Shown: positions 54,019-63,330 of the stretch, piece after piece | Layout: each line of letters begins with the position of its first letter | Numbering within the stretch: position 1 is the stretch's first letter | From: Oligoflexia bacterium | GTDB taxonomy: Bacteria; Bdellovibrionota; Bdellovibrionia; JABDDW01 | Reading direction: 5' to 3' | Assembly (NCBI GenBank): GCA_043732305.1 | Contig: JAYTHU010000094.1 | Location: forward strand, 562 to 64,561 | DNA length: 64,000 bases | Program-made: the position numbers and the translations under genes | Notes under the pieces: model-generated | Database searches by the model: none | Seen by the model: the letters and a program-made list of their open reading frames with translations, nothing else | What the model was told of the DNA's origin: nothing

Positions 54019-55838
54019 AGCGCACACATTATTGTGGAGAACTTACCGCAATCCACGCCGGACAAACTGTCACTCTAAAAGGATGGGTTAATACCCGCCG
54101 CGATCATGGTGGTTTAGTGTTTGTCGATCTTAGAGATCGCGAAGGAATCACTCAGGTCATGCTGGATCCCAACGCTAAGGGTATGGAAGCGGCTAAAGAT
54201 TTACGCAAAGAATTTGTCATTTCAGCGACTGGGCTTGTTCAAGCTCGCCCAACGGGGATGACAAATAGCAAAATTAAAACAGGCGAAGTTGAATTGATCG
54301 TTTCTGAATTAAAAATTCTCTCTTCCGCTGCGACTTTGCCGTTTGATCCGGAAGATGCCAATGTGAATGAAATGTTGCGCTTGAAATATCGCTACTTGGA
54401 ATTACGCTCACCGGCACTTCAGGAAAAACTTTTTCTAAGATCTAAATTTTGCAACCTCGTTAGAAATTATTTCGAGGAGAACGGCTTCATTGAAGTTGAA
54501 ACTCCCATTTTATGGAAGAGTACCCCTGAAGGAGCACGCGATTATTTGGTTCCCTCGCGAGTGACCCCTGGAAGTTTCTACGCTCTCCCTCAATCTCCTC
54601 AAACTTTAAAGCAACTTTTGATGATTTCTGGGTTTGACCGTTACTATCAAATTGCTCGTTGCTTCCGTGACGAAGATTTGCGAGCTGATCGTCAGCCTGA
54701 ATTCACACAAGTAGATATTGAAATGTCCTTTGTCGATGAAGAAGATGTCATGCATGTCAACGAAGGTGCATTTAAAGCCATTTGGAAAAAGATCAAAAAC
54801 GTCGATATCCCTACTCCGTTTCCACGCATGACGTTTAAAGAAGCCATGGACCGTTTTGGAAATGACAAGCCTGACATTCGCTTTGCTATGGAAATCAAAG
54901 ATCTTTCCGAAGTCTGCCGCCATTCCGGATTTAAAGTTTTCGATGACGTTCTTGCACGCAATGGCGTGGTTCGTGGGATCACCGTTCCTGGTGGCGCAAA
55001 GTTTTCTCGTAAAGATTTCGACGAACTCACTGACATTGCTAAAAAATCTGGAGCCAAGGGCCTTATGTGGGTCAAGTGGGATGACACTGGATTTAATTCT
55101 CCAGCAAGCAAATTTTTAGCTCCAGAAAAACTTCAAGCCATTTGCGAAAAAGTAGCTGGTGGTAAAGACAAAGGCAAAGGCGATTGTGCACTCGTCATTT
55201 CTGATGATTACGATGTTGCCTGTCGCACACTCAGCGTTTTGCGTTTGCATCTTGGTAACAAGTTAAACTTGATAGACACGACCAAAGATTTATTTCTTTG
55301 GGTCACAGATTTCCCTCTTTTGGAATTTGATCCACTTGCCAAAAGATGGAACGCCCTCCATCACCCTTTCACCGCACCTCAAGAGCAGGACATGGAAGCT
55401 TTCTTGTCCGGTGAACATGACAAAATGGTGAACATCAAAGCCAGAGCTTACGATCTTGTTTGTAACGGTTATGAAATTGCTGGTGGCAGTATCCGAATCC
55501 ACAGACAAGACGTTCAAGACGCTATGTTTACGGCGCTGAAAATCACAAAAGAAGAAGCACAATTGAAATTTGGATTTTTCTTGGAAGCTCTCTCATACGG
55601 AACTCCGCCGCATGGTGGAATTGCATGGGGAGTAGATCGATCGGTAATGATTTTATGCAAAACTGATTCTATTCGTGAAGTCATTGCGTTTCCAAAAACT
55701 CAAAAAGCTGCTGATCAAATGTCCGAAACTCCGAGCGAAGTCACTCGGGATCAATTGGCTGAACTTGGTATCAGGATTGCGCTCGACAGTCGTAGTACCG
55801 GTGCCATTGAAACTTTAGCGCCGGATTCCGCCAAATGA
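54015..55838 (+). CDS. aspS: Aspartate--tRNA ligase.
   Basis: N-terminal OB fold (..LKGWVNTRRDHGGLVFVDLRDREG..), class II motifs including QSPQ..KQLLM, FRDEDLRADRQPEFTQ and GGSIRIH. 607 aa with a GAD insertion. Confidence 0.95.
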   Translation: MKRTHYCGELTAIHAGQTVTLKGWVNTRRDHGGLVFVDLRDREGITQVMLDPNAKGMEAAKDLRKEFVISATGLVQARPTGMTNSKIKTGEVELIVSELKILSSAATLPFDPEDANVNEMLRLKYRYLELRSPALQEKLFLRSKFCNLVRNYFEENGFIEVETPILWKSTPEGARDYLVPSRVTPGSFYALPQSPQTLKQLLMISGFDRYYQIARCFRDEDLRADRQPEFTQVDIEMSFVDEEDVMHVNEGAFKAIWKKIKNVDIPTPFPRMTFKEAMDRFGNDKPDIRFAMEIKDLSEVCRHSGFKVFDDVLARNGVVRGITVPGGAKFSRKDFDELTDIAKKSGAKGLMWVKWDDTGFNSPASKFLAPEKLQAICEKVAGGKDKGKGDCALVISDDYDVACRTLSVLRLHLGNKLNLIDTTKDLFLWVTDFPLLEFDPLAKRWNALHHPFTAPQEQDMEAFLSGEHDKMVNIKARAYDLVCNGYEIAGGSIRIHRQDVQDAMFTALKITKEEAQLKFGFFLEALSYGTPPHGGIAWGVDRSVMILCKTDSIREVIAFPKTQKAADQMSETPSEVTRDQLAELGIRIALDSRSTGAIETLAPDSAK

Positions 55839-56812
55839 AATCCGCCGTTATTGTAAACCCCTATTCCGGGGGAGGCAGAACGGCTGCGATGTGGCGCGGA
55901 GTGCGAAATGAAGTTCGCTCACGTTTAGGATCTTTGGAAGAATTTGTAACCAAAGGTCCAATGGACGCGACCAGGTTTGCTAAGCAAATCGCTCATTCGG
56001 ACTATGAGCTTTTGATCGTCGCCGGCGGCGATGGAACAATCAACGAAGCCGTCAATGGACTTTATGATTTGAACGCTGAAGGAAATTCTGGCGGCCACAC
56101 TGTAGTCCAGGCCGTTCACGGTGGATTTCCTAAACCAATTAATCTTGAATTGAAATTTGGAATTCTCAGTGCCGGCCGCGGTTGCGATTTTATAAAGAGT
56201 GTTGCTGTGCCCGAAGATGCACGAAAGGCCATTGATCTATTTATCGAGCCGAAAGTTCAAAAAATAGATATTGGGTTGTGTCTTTTCAAAGATGAGTTTG
56301 GCCGAGACAAACAAAGATTTTTTGTGAATATCGCATGTGCTGGTGTTGCTGGCAAAGTGGCAAAACAAGTGAGTCACACTCCAAGATTTTTGCCTCCCTC
56401 ATTGGCTTACTTCTCTGCGGTTGTCACAAACTTTGTGACTTATCGCCCGCAACGATTACGAGTTTTATTAGACAATAAAGAATTTTTCGAAGGCTTAGCT
56501 ATGAATGTGTTTGTCGCCAATGGTGGATATTCTGGTGCGGGCATGTGTTGGGCGCCAAATGCTCAAGTGGACGATGGTTTTTTCGACGTGATATTGGCAG
56601 AGCCTTCTCCCAAACTCATGACTTTGCTTCAGCAACACAAAATTTATGATGGCAGTTTTCTTGAAATCCCTGGCGTGCATCACAAGCTTGCCAAAAAAGT
56701 TGTCATTGAAACACAAGAAGACGTGTTGCTAGAAATCGATGGCGAACAGCCGGGCCTTGCTCCAGCGCTGTACACCATCCTACCCAAATCTCTCAACTTG
56801 GTTGTCGCTTAG
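55835..56812 (+). CDS. Diacylglycerol/lipid kinase of the YegS/DagK family.
   Basis: DAGK_cat motif LIVAGGDGTINEAVNGL and an N-terminal NPxSG loop (VNPYSGGG). Confidence 0.8.
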   Translation: MKSAVIVNPYSGGGRTAAMWRGVRNEVRSRLGSLEEFVTKGPMDATRFAKQIAHSDYELLIVAGGDGTINEAVNGLYDLNAEGNSGGHTVVQAVHGGFPKPINLELKFGILSAGRGCDFIKSVAVPEDARKAIDLFIEPKVQKIDIGLCLFKDEFGRDKQRFFVNIACAGVAGKVAKQVSHTPRFLPPSLAYFSAVVTNFVTYRPQRLRVLLDNKEFFEGLAMNVFVANGGYSGAGMCWAPNAQVDDGFFDVILAEPSPKLMTLLQQHKIYDGSFLEIPGVHHKLAKKVVIETQEDVLLEIDGEQPGLAPALYTILPKSLNLVVA

Positions 56813-56912
56813 GTACGCCGTACCGTATCCGCAAATCTGGAGCAGATAGACATTCTAGCGGTTTTGGTACGTAACATAAGCTGAGAAGCTAAGGCTTACC
56901 AATGGACTCACC

Positions 56913-56939
56913 TTAAGTCTCAAGTTCCTCCACCGATAG
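56913..56939 (+). promoter_or_regulatory. Candidate sigma-28 (FliA) promoter upstream of the FliG-like gene.
   Basis: TTAAGTCT-N11-ACCGATAG versus the consensus TAAAGTTT-N11-GCCGATAA (6/8 and 6/8 matches). It lies about 105 nt upstream of ATG 57044. Confidence 0.3.
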
Positions 56940-57043
56940 CCGAAAGTATAGTAAGGGGCATTTCCTAGGACTGGGGATGCGCGGATTATCAATTCAGGTC
57001 TCGTGGGTAGGATTAAAGTCGAGACGCTGTTGGAGGTACGTTT

Positions 57044-57511
57044 ATGTCAATGCTTGCGCGCTATAAGAAACCAGGTGGAGTGGAACAGCTGCTCTCACTT
57101 CTCGAATCATGCTTGAGTAAGAAGAAAGAACTTTTGCTTAACACCATCATGCAGGAAGACAAAGCTTTCGGCGAAATGATCAAAGCCAAAATTCTCACCG
57201 TCGATAAAATTCTAAAATGGGATCCGCTTATTGTGTCAGAAGCCTCTGCTAAAGTGGGAGAACGAACTCTCGCTGTGGCACTCAAAGGACTTCCTGAGGA
57301 AGCTTTTGCGGTTCTCACGCACACGATGCGAGATTTAAAGAAACGCGAAATTGCGAATCTTCTTGAGACAGTCAAACCAACTAATGTCGAAATCGAATCT
57401 GCTTTTATCAAGATCATTGAAAAAGCTCGCGAGCTCGAACGCTCCGGGCAAATCAAACTTGATGAAAACGAGATGCCCATTATTGGTGTTGCGATGGCCA
57501 AAGCCGCTTGA
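57044..57511 (+). CDS. Standalone FliG-C-terminal-domain-like protein.
   Basis: 155 aa. The C-terminal half LAVALKGLPEEAFAVLTHTMRDLKKREIANLLETVKPTNVEIESAFIKIIEKARELERSGQI matches the FliG_C pattern (LALALKG..nMSqRaae.l.edle.lgpvr..dVEeAq..Iv...r.L...GeI). A GGAGG ribosome-binding site sits upstream. Confidence 0.65.
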   Translation: MSMLARYKKPGGVEQLLSLLESCLSKKKELLLNTIMQEDKAFGEMIKAKILTVDKILKWDPLIVSEASAKVGERTLAVALKGLPEEAFAVLTHTMRDLKKREIANLLETVKPTNVEIESAFIKIIEKARELERSGQIKLDENEMPIIGVAMAKAA

Positions 57512-57517
57512 GCAGAT

Positions 57518-58651
57518 TTATGTGATCTCTTCTAGCAGGTAGCCGAAATCTTCGGCTCCACGCAAAAGTGCGGTCTGAGAAACTACTCTCAGGCCGTTTT
57601 TTTTTGAGCAAATAATAACAACATCAATGCTGTCCACAATGATTTGTCTGACGGCATGCATGCTCCATTGGGAACACGCTCTGAGCACTAAAGATTCCAA
57701 ACGCTTCAGCGCATGTTGTGCAGAATGTGCGTGCAATGTGCAAATGGCTCCTCGGTGGCCAGTTGAAAGCGCGTCCAATAGTGTCAGCGCCTCTGCGCCT
57801 CTCACTTCGCCCACCACAATTCGATCGGGTCTCATGCGCAAAGTATTTTTCAACAAAAGCGAAAGATCTACCGCTGGAATTAAACCTTCTGGATCAGGTC
57901 GGGTGATCATTGTCACGTGGTGAGGGCCAACACTTCCGAGCTCCGGGGTATCCTCCAATGAAACGATTCTCTCACTCGGTGAACATTCTTTTAGAACCGC
58001 ACGCATGAATGTGGTTTTGCCCGAACCGGTAGCCCCGCAAACTAAAATATTTTTCTTTTCCGAAATCCATCCCCGTAGCTGTCCTAAAAATGTCTGTGAA
58101 AACATTCCCTGCAGCAGAAGATCGTTTAGTCCCCAGTTCTGGTGCCCGTGTTTTCTAATCGTCACAACGGGAGTCTGACTGATGGGTGGTAGACTTAGGT
58201 GCACGCGGGCATTTTCAAAAACTCCGTCTACCAGCGGATGCCGAATGTCGCCTGTTTTATCGATAAGTTTCAGAAGGTTTTTAATAAATCGAGAATAGAT
58301 CACCGGTGAGGAAAAACCATTTTCAGCTCTAAACAGCAATCCTGATTTTTCATAGAAAATTTGATCGTGAGAATTTGCGCAAATTTCGGTAACCTCAAGA
58401 TCGTCTAATAATTTTTGTAGCGGTCCAAATCCATCAATCTCAGACTTTAGTTCTCGAATCCAATCGGCAATATCACCTTCGCTAGACTCGTAAATTTTAT
58501 GGCCTTCGCTATTTTCGTAGGATTGGTATTTAGTTAAAATCAAATTGATCGTGTGATCCGTGGTATTTTCATCTATGCCAGCCAGCACTTCATCGACCAA
58601 TTGCGAGAAGTCAGGCTTTTGACGAAGATCCATTAGAAGTCTTCTTTCCAA
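57518..58651 (-). CDS. cpaF: CpaF/TadA-family secretion ATPase (VirB11 superfamily).
   Basis: Walker A LVCGATGSGKTTFM, an Asp box and a His box (RMRPDRIVVGEVRGAEALTLLDALSTGHRGAICTLHA). 377 aa. Confidence 0.85.
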   Translation of the reverse strand: MERRLLMDLRQKPDFSQLVDEVLAGIDENTTDHTINLILTKYQSYENSEGHKIYESSEGDIADWIRELKSEIDGFGPLQKLLDDLEVTEICANSHDQIFYEKSGLLFRAENGFSSPVIYSRFIKNLLKLIDKTGDIRHPLVDGVFENARVHLSLPPISQTPVVTIRKHGHQNWGLNDLLLQGMFSQTFLGQLRGWISEKKNILVCGATGSGKTTFMRAVLKECSPSERIVSLEDTPELGSVGPHHVTMITRPDPEGLIPAVDLSLLLKNTLRMRPDRIVVGEVRGAEALTLLDALSTGHRGAICTLHAHSAQHALKRLESLVLRACSQWSMHAVRQIIVDSIDVVIICSKKNGLRVVSQTALLRGAEDFGYLLEEIT

Positions 58652-59961
58652 AATTGTTTGATGGGGGCTTCAGAATAATGTTCCGGAGAAATCACCCTTG
58701 GGGTTACAAAAATAACCAGTTCAGAATTATTTTCCTTATAGTCTCGACTTTTAAACAACTCGCCAAGCAGTGGTATTGAACTCAAAATTGGGGTGTCTTG
58801 TACACCACGCCCAATCTCACTTCTAATCAATCCCGAGAGCGCAATCGTTTTCTCCCCACGAATATCAAAGTGTGTTTCGATTCGATTGGTTAAAAATCCC
58901 GGAATACCATCAACCTTATGTGCTTCATCTATCAGACTTACTTCCGTCACAAGTTTAGTGGAAATGCCGCTTTGAGAATCGGCTCGAGGAGTGATATCTA
59001 AAATGACTCCGTAGCGTTTCCAAATCACATTTGCTAATTGCCAGCTCATGAGTTTGATTGGGATTTCTCCACCTGCAACAAAATGAGCCTGTTCGCCACT
59101 TCTGCAAATAATTTTAGGATTGGCGATGACTTTCCCGGCATGCTCTTCCATCTGTGCGTTTAGCTGCAAGTTCATGGGGTTTAAATTTCCCATGAAAGAT
59201 CCTAAATCCGCAGACGGAATAATTGTTCCAGAAAAGCTTTGTGGAAAAGCTAAACCTAAATTTCTAATTTTATTTTTTTTAACTTCGGCAATGGTGATGT
59301 CAATTTCGACCATGGGTTTAAGTTCCACTCGCGATGACTCTTCTGCTGCGGGGAGTCCCCAGTCTTTAGCTATTTCATCTACCATTTTGCGCTCTTTAAC
59401 ATCCTGTGTGGCCGTGACAAGTTTCAGATGGCCATGATGGGCTTCTACGTTAGTAGAAAATAGAGCTCGAGATTCCAAATCTTTTTCTATAGCCACTTGA
59501 ACATCTTTGGCCGCGTTTTCTGAAAGTGTGAGTTCAAGATCGACAATTTGGGGATAAGAATTTTTAGCAGTGGAAAAGGTGATCCAATCGTCTAAAGATT
59601 CGCAGGCTCCTTTGATAAGAATTTTCTTGGGACTCATTGCTATTTCATATCCGGTTACGCCAGTCAGTGCCGATTCTAAAAACTTCTTTGCGGGTTCAAG
59701 TTTGGTTGGATAGACAACTACTTTCATGGGAAGTTTTGTACCGGCTTTTAAAAAAGCTTCTCCTGGCTTTTTGCCAATGAGAATGAGATTGGTCTTCTGC
59801 CTTTTTAAAATCACACTCTGTGCGCTGGTGAGAGACACCTCGACAGATGATTTGTACGGCAGAATTTTCTGTTCCCCAACCATCAGATCAATTTCGGTGG
59901 TGGCGGAAGCTTCGTTTACGATCACTAAAATAAGTAGGAACAAGAATACGATTATTTTCAT
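58633..59961 (-). CDS. cpaC: Tad/Flp-type secretin (CpaC/RcpA-like).
   Basis: Signal peptide, N-terminal BON/secretin-N-like region and a C-terminal secretin core (NPKIICRSGEQAHFVAGGEIPIKL...SSIPLLGELFKSR...ELVIFVTPRVI). It overlaps cpaF by 19 nt. Confidence 0.85.
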   Translation of the reverse strand: MKIIVFLFLLILVIVNEASATTEIDLMVGEQKILPYKSSVEVSLTSAQSVILKRQKTNLILIGKKPGEAFLKAGTKLPMKVVVYPTKLEPAKKFLESALTGVTGYEIAMSPKKILIKGACESLDDWITFSTAKNSYPQIVDLELTLSENAAKDVQVAIEKDLESRALFSTNVEAHHGHLKLVTATQDVKERKMVDEIAKDWGLPAAEESSRVELKPMVEIDITIAEVKKNKIRNLGLAFPQSFSGTIIPSADLGSFMGNLNPMNLQLNAQMEEHAGKVIANPKIICRSGEQAHFVAGGEIPIKLMSWQLANVIWKRYGVILDITPRADSQSGISTKLVTEVSLIDEAHKVDGIPGFLTNRIETHFDIRGEKTIALSGLIRSEIGRGVQDTPILSSIPLLGELFKSRDYKENNSELVIFVTPRVISPEHYSEAPIKQFWKEDF

Positions 59962-60074
59962 GCTAGGAGTTCATTGCAAAAATGAAATTGGACTCATGAT
60001 CAATTGAAGGCGTTAGGTGGCCGGTCGGACGTCAATTCCGGACGGAGCGGACGTAGCCCGGAAGTTCAAACAAG

Positions 60075-61154
60075 TTACACATCAAAACTCACGGTGGTTT
60101 GGTTTTCGGAAGATTCAATTTTGATCTCTGAACCATGCGCCCGCAAGAGACTTTGGCTGACCGCAAGCCCCAACCCCATGCCCTGCGAGTGATTTAAAAT
60201 ATTTTCATCTAGGTTAAAAGGTTTTAAAATATGTTCGATCTGACTTTCGCTCAAAGCTGGACCATGATTTGAAATTTCCACTTTTCCTGGCTCTTGCAAA
60301 CTCACTACGATTTCTGAACCTTCGTCAGAAAATTTAACGGCATTGTGAATAATTTTTTTCACAACTTTTGCCATGAGCATTTCGTCAATTTCTGCTTTTT
60401 CAAAACCCCAATTAAATTTCATCCGGAGATTTTTCTTAGTCAACTGATTAATAAAAATCTTTTCCACATTTTCAATCACTAAGCGCAGAGATGATTCTTT
60501 TTTTCTAACCGTCATCTGGCGCGTCTCTGCTGCGAGCAGATCTAGGACATCAAAAACGATATCGTTCAATCGAGCTAAGCCTTGATTGACTCTTAGAAGA
60601 TATTTAACATGGTCAGGATTTTTTAATTCTTCACTCAACAAAGAAAGATAAGACGTCATAGTGGTCAACGGTGTTTTTAATTCGTGGCCAATCAAAATCA
60701 TGAAATGACTTTTTGCTTCGTCTAATGTTCGAAGTTCTCGATTAGCTGCTTCTAACTTTTTATTTTTCTCTTTCACTTCCGCGCGCAGATCATAACTTTC
60801 GATTGCTTTTTTAATGACGATATCGAGTTCCACTGGATCCCAGGGCTTAGTGATATAGCGATAAATCTGGCCATTGTTGATAGCCGCAATTACAGAATCG
60901 ACATCGGTGTAACCGGTGAGAAGAATGCGAATGGCATCTGGCTGAACTATTTGAGCCTTTTCAAACATTTGCACGCCTGTCATTTCCGGCATGCGCTGGT
61001 CACTTAAAATCAAATGTACTTTTTCTTTTTGCAATATTTTTAGCGCTTCGAAGCCGGAAAAAGCTTTGAAGACGGTATAGTCCCTCCGGAACTGACGCTC
61101 CAGGGAGTCGACAATATCTTTTTCGTCATCAACGACGAGAATCGCATGCTTCAT
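60075..61154 (-). CDS. Hybrid response-regulator receiver / histidine kinase (REC-HisKA-HATPase_c).
   Basis: N-terminal REC domain (ILVVDDEKD...LILSDQRMP...ITKPWD), HisKA motif (IGHELKTPLTTM) and HATPase_c (GMGLGLAVSQSLLRAHG). It has no TM segment, so it is cytoplasmic. Confidence 0.85.
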   Translation of the reverse strand: MKHAILVVDDEKDIVDSLERQFRRDYTVFKAFSGFEALKILQKEKVHLILSDQRMPEMTGVQMFEKAQIVQPDAIRILLTGYTDVDSVIAAINNGQIYRYITKPWDPVELDIVIKKAIESYDLRAEVKEKNKKLEAANRELRTLDEAKSHFMILIGHELKTPLTTMTSYLSLLSEELKNPDHVKYLLRVNQGLARLNDIVFDVLDLLAAETRQMTVRKKESSLRLVIENVEKIFINQLTKKNLRMKFNWGFEKAEIDEMLMAKVVKKIIHNAVKFSDEGSEIVVSLQEPGKVEISNHGPALSESQIEHILKPFNLDENILNHSQGMGLGLAVSQSLLRAHGSEIKIESSENQTTVSFDV

Positions 61155-61349
61155 ATATTTTCTTTTCGGATAAGTTCTCGAGAGGGTGAAGTTAGGGGGC
61201 TGGACCTTGGTTTAGCAAATGTAAAATCTAGCCCGAGGGCTGGGTGTGGGTTTGGCAATAGGTCATGGTAAATAAATTTTAGTGATTGAAGTTCCGTGAC
61301 GAAGATACCTCAGTAAGGGTATACTTTTAGCTGGGGAGTAAGCTAAGAA

Positions 61350-63311
61350 ATGATAAAACTCAATAGTTTCTATACGATGTTAGTTGTAATACTTTTCACC
61401 ACGAATGCTTGGGCACAATTGGTTTCGCCGAGTATTGCTGCAAATCCAAACGAAGGGTTGTGGGGAACAGGTGCTGGTGGCCTCGTACAAACTTGTCAGA
61501 ACGGTGCTAGCCTAGCAAAGACAATTGATATCAATGAAGACGATGATGTTCGTGAAGCGCGTGATGCTGGTCGCGAAGCAAAAAGTCACTTAGCAGAATT
61601 AAAGACTAAGCTCGCCGAAATAAAATCGACAAATAAGAATCAAAAAAGTGACCTTCGCCATGCATTTAGTGTTGGAAGTGAAGCTGATTCATTTTTTCAG
61701 ACCGTGACCGCTTGTCAGGAAGTTTTCGATGAAGGAAACAATGCAGAGAAGAGAATCGCTGCAGACGACAAGACCTATCCTAAGCAGAGTGATAAAACTA
61801 ATGCAATATCTGCAGCTCGAGAAACCGCCATTAATTCTCGATTTACTAATGAAACTGGAGATACAGGCAGCAGTGTTCGTGGAGGAGACAAAATAACTAA
61901 TTGCAGACAGGCCGTGTCGCAAGGTGGGGCTCACCCTAGTAAATTTATTGATGCCAAATTACTCTGTGGCGTTCACGATGGACCAGTTGAAAGTGTTTTG
62001 GGCGGATCAACTGACCAAGTTCACCACTCTAAGACTGATGTTGTAGCCTGTCAAAAATCAGCAAGTGGTTTACTAGAAAATATCGAAGCCGAAAGAGTTG
62101 CACAAGGTGAATTTGATAAAGCAAAAAAAGACCTCAGCAAACAAACATCAGAAATCTCAAAAACTATTGCGAAGCGTAAACGTGAGTTAGCCAAAGATTA
62201 CGCTGATGACAAAAAGCTCGCGAAAGAATTGGGCGAAGATGATTCCGGAATCAATTTCACCGATAGCGCCATGGGCGTTCGTGATTGCAAAGATGGAACC
62301 TGCGGTATTGTTCGTGTTGTTGGCGCTAGCAACAACAACAATGACATGTTCGATAAAATTGGTCCCATCATGTTGGGTGCAACTCTCATCGAAACTTTAG
62401 GCAGTGTTTACAACGCTTCGGCTGGACAAAGAACTTGTAAATCATATGGTTATTGCGCTCCTCAGGGACCCAATTACTGGATGCAGCCTGCACAAACTCT
62501 GAACAATGGTATTTCCAATTACGCGCAGCTGGCTTTGCTGAATCAAAAACTCAACAGTTCGGGTTATGGATATCCAATGTCTGGTATTGGCACTGGAATG
62601 GGCAACGGCGCGTTTAGCTGCGCACAACTTGTCGGGTCATCGATTTACAATCAAGTTGGTCAAAATGGAAATATTCTCGGGCCTTATTCTGCTCAGCAAT
62701 CACCTTACGCACAATTGTTGCAGCAACAGCAAGGCCGTTTCAATCCAATGATGAATGGCCAAGTGGGCGTCATGCCAGTCGGTAACGGACAAATGATGTA
62801 TAATCAAAATGGCCAGCTTGCAGCCAACTGCATTCAATTTCCTTGCAACACCAGTGGTCTTGGCAACACACAGGTTTATAATCCTGGAGTGTTTAACGGA
62901 AACGGAAACCAGTCTGGTGGCAATCAGTTCGGCAACAATCAATTTGGCGCTAACGGCGGACTCAACAATTTCAATTCAGGGATTTACGGGCAAAATGCGG
63001 GTGGAGTAAATATGGGTGCTGCCGTTTATGCGGACTCAATGCGTGAAGCTCAACAAGCTCAGTATCTTATGGGTGCTAGCCAGGCGGGCCTTTCATTTGC
63101 TCAGCAATCTCAGTATTTCGGTGGAAACACCGGCGCCATCAGCAACGGCAATGGTCAAAACCAATTCAATTTGAATTTGAGTTACAATCCTGCCAATTCA
63201 AACGGAGCAAGTAGTCCTTTTGGATCTCAATATGGTTTGCCCACGCTAGGTACCGGTGGAAGCACTTATCTGCCTGGCGTGACCACTGGCGCCTCAGTCT
63301 TCGGTAGATAA
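61350..63311 (+). CDS. Secreted protein with a charged helical N-terminal half and a long Q/N/G-rich prion-like C-terminal half.
   Basis: Signal peptide MIKLNSFYTMLVVILFTTNAWA. It has about 10 Cys in the N-terminal half. The C-terminal ~300 aa is dominated by Q, N, G, S and Y (QQSPYAQLLQQQQGRFNPMMNGQ...NGNGNQSGGNQFGNNQFGANGG...). Confidence 0.65.
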   Translation: MIKLNSFYTMLVVILFTTNAWAQLVSPSIAANPNEGLWGTGAGGLVQTCQNGASLAKTIDINEDDDVREARDAGREAKSHLAELKTKLAEIKSTNKNQKSDLRHAFSVGSEADSFFQTVTACQEVFDEGNNAEKRIAADDKTYPKQSDKTNAISAARETAINSRFTNETGDTGSSVRGGDKITNCRQAVSQGGAHPSKFIDAKLLCGVHDGPVESVLGGSTDQVHHSKTDVVACQKSASGLLENIEAERVAQGEFDKAKKDLSKQTSEISKTIAKRKRELAKDYADDKKLAKELGEDDSGINFTDSAMGVRDCKDGTCGIVRVVGASNNNNDMFDKIGPIMLGATLIETLGSVYNASAGQRTCKSYGYCAPQGPNYWMQPAQTLNNGISNYAQLALLNQKLNSSGYGYPMSGIGTGMGNGAFSCAQLVGSSIYNQVGQNGNILGPYSAQQSPYAQLLQQQQGRFNPMMNGQVGVMPVGNGQMMYNQNGQLAANCIQFPCNTSGLGNTQVYNPGVFNGNGNQSGGNQFGNNQFGANGGLNNFNSGIYGQNAGGVNMGAAVYADSMREAQQAQYLMGASQAGLSFAQQSQYFGGNTGAISNGNGQNQFNLNLSYNPANSNGASSPFGSQYGLPTLGTGGSTYLPGVTTGASVFGR

Positions 63312-63330
63312 TTTAATCTATAAATTTTAT

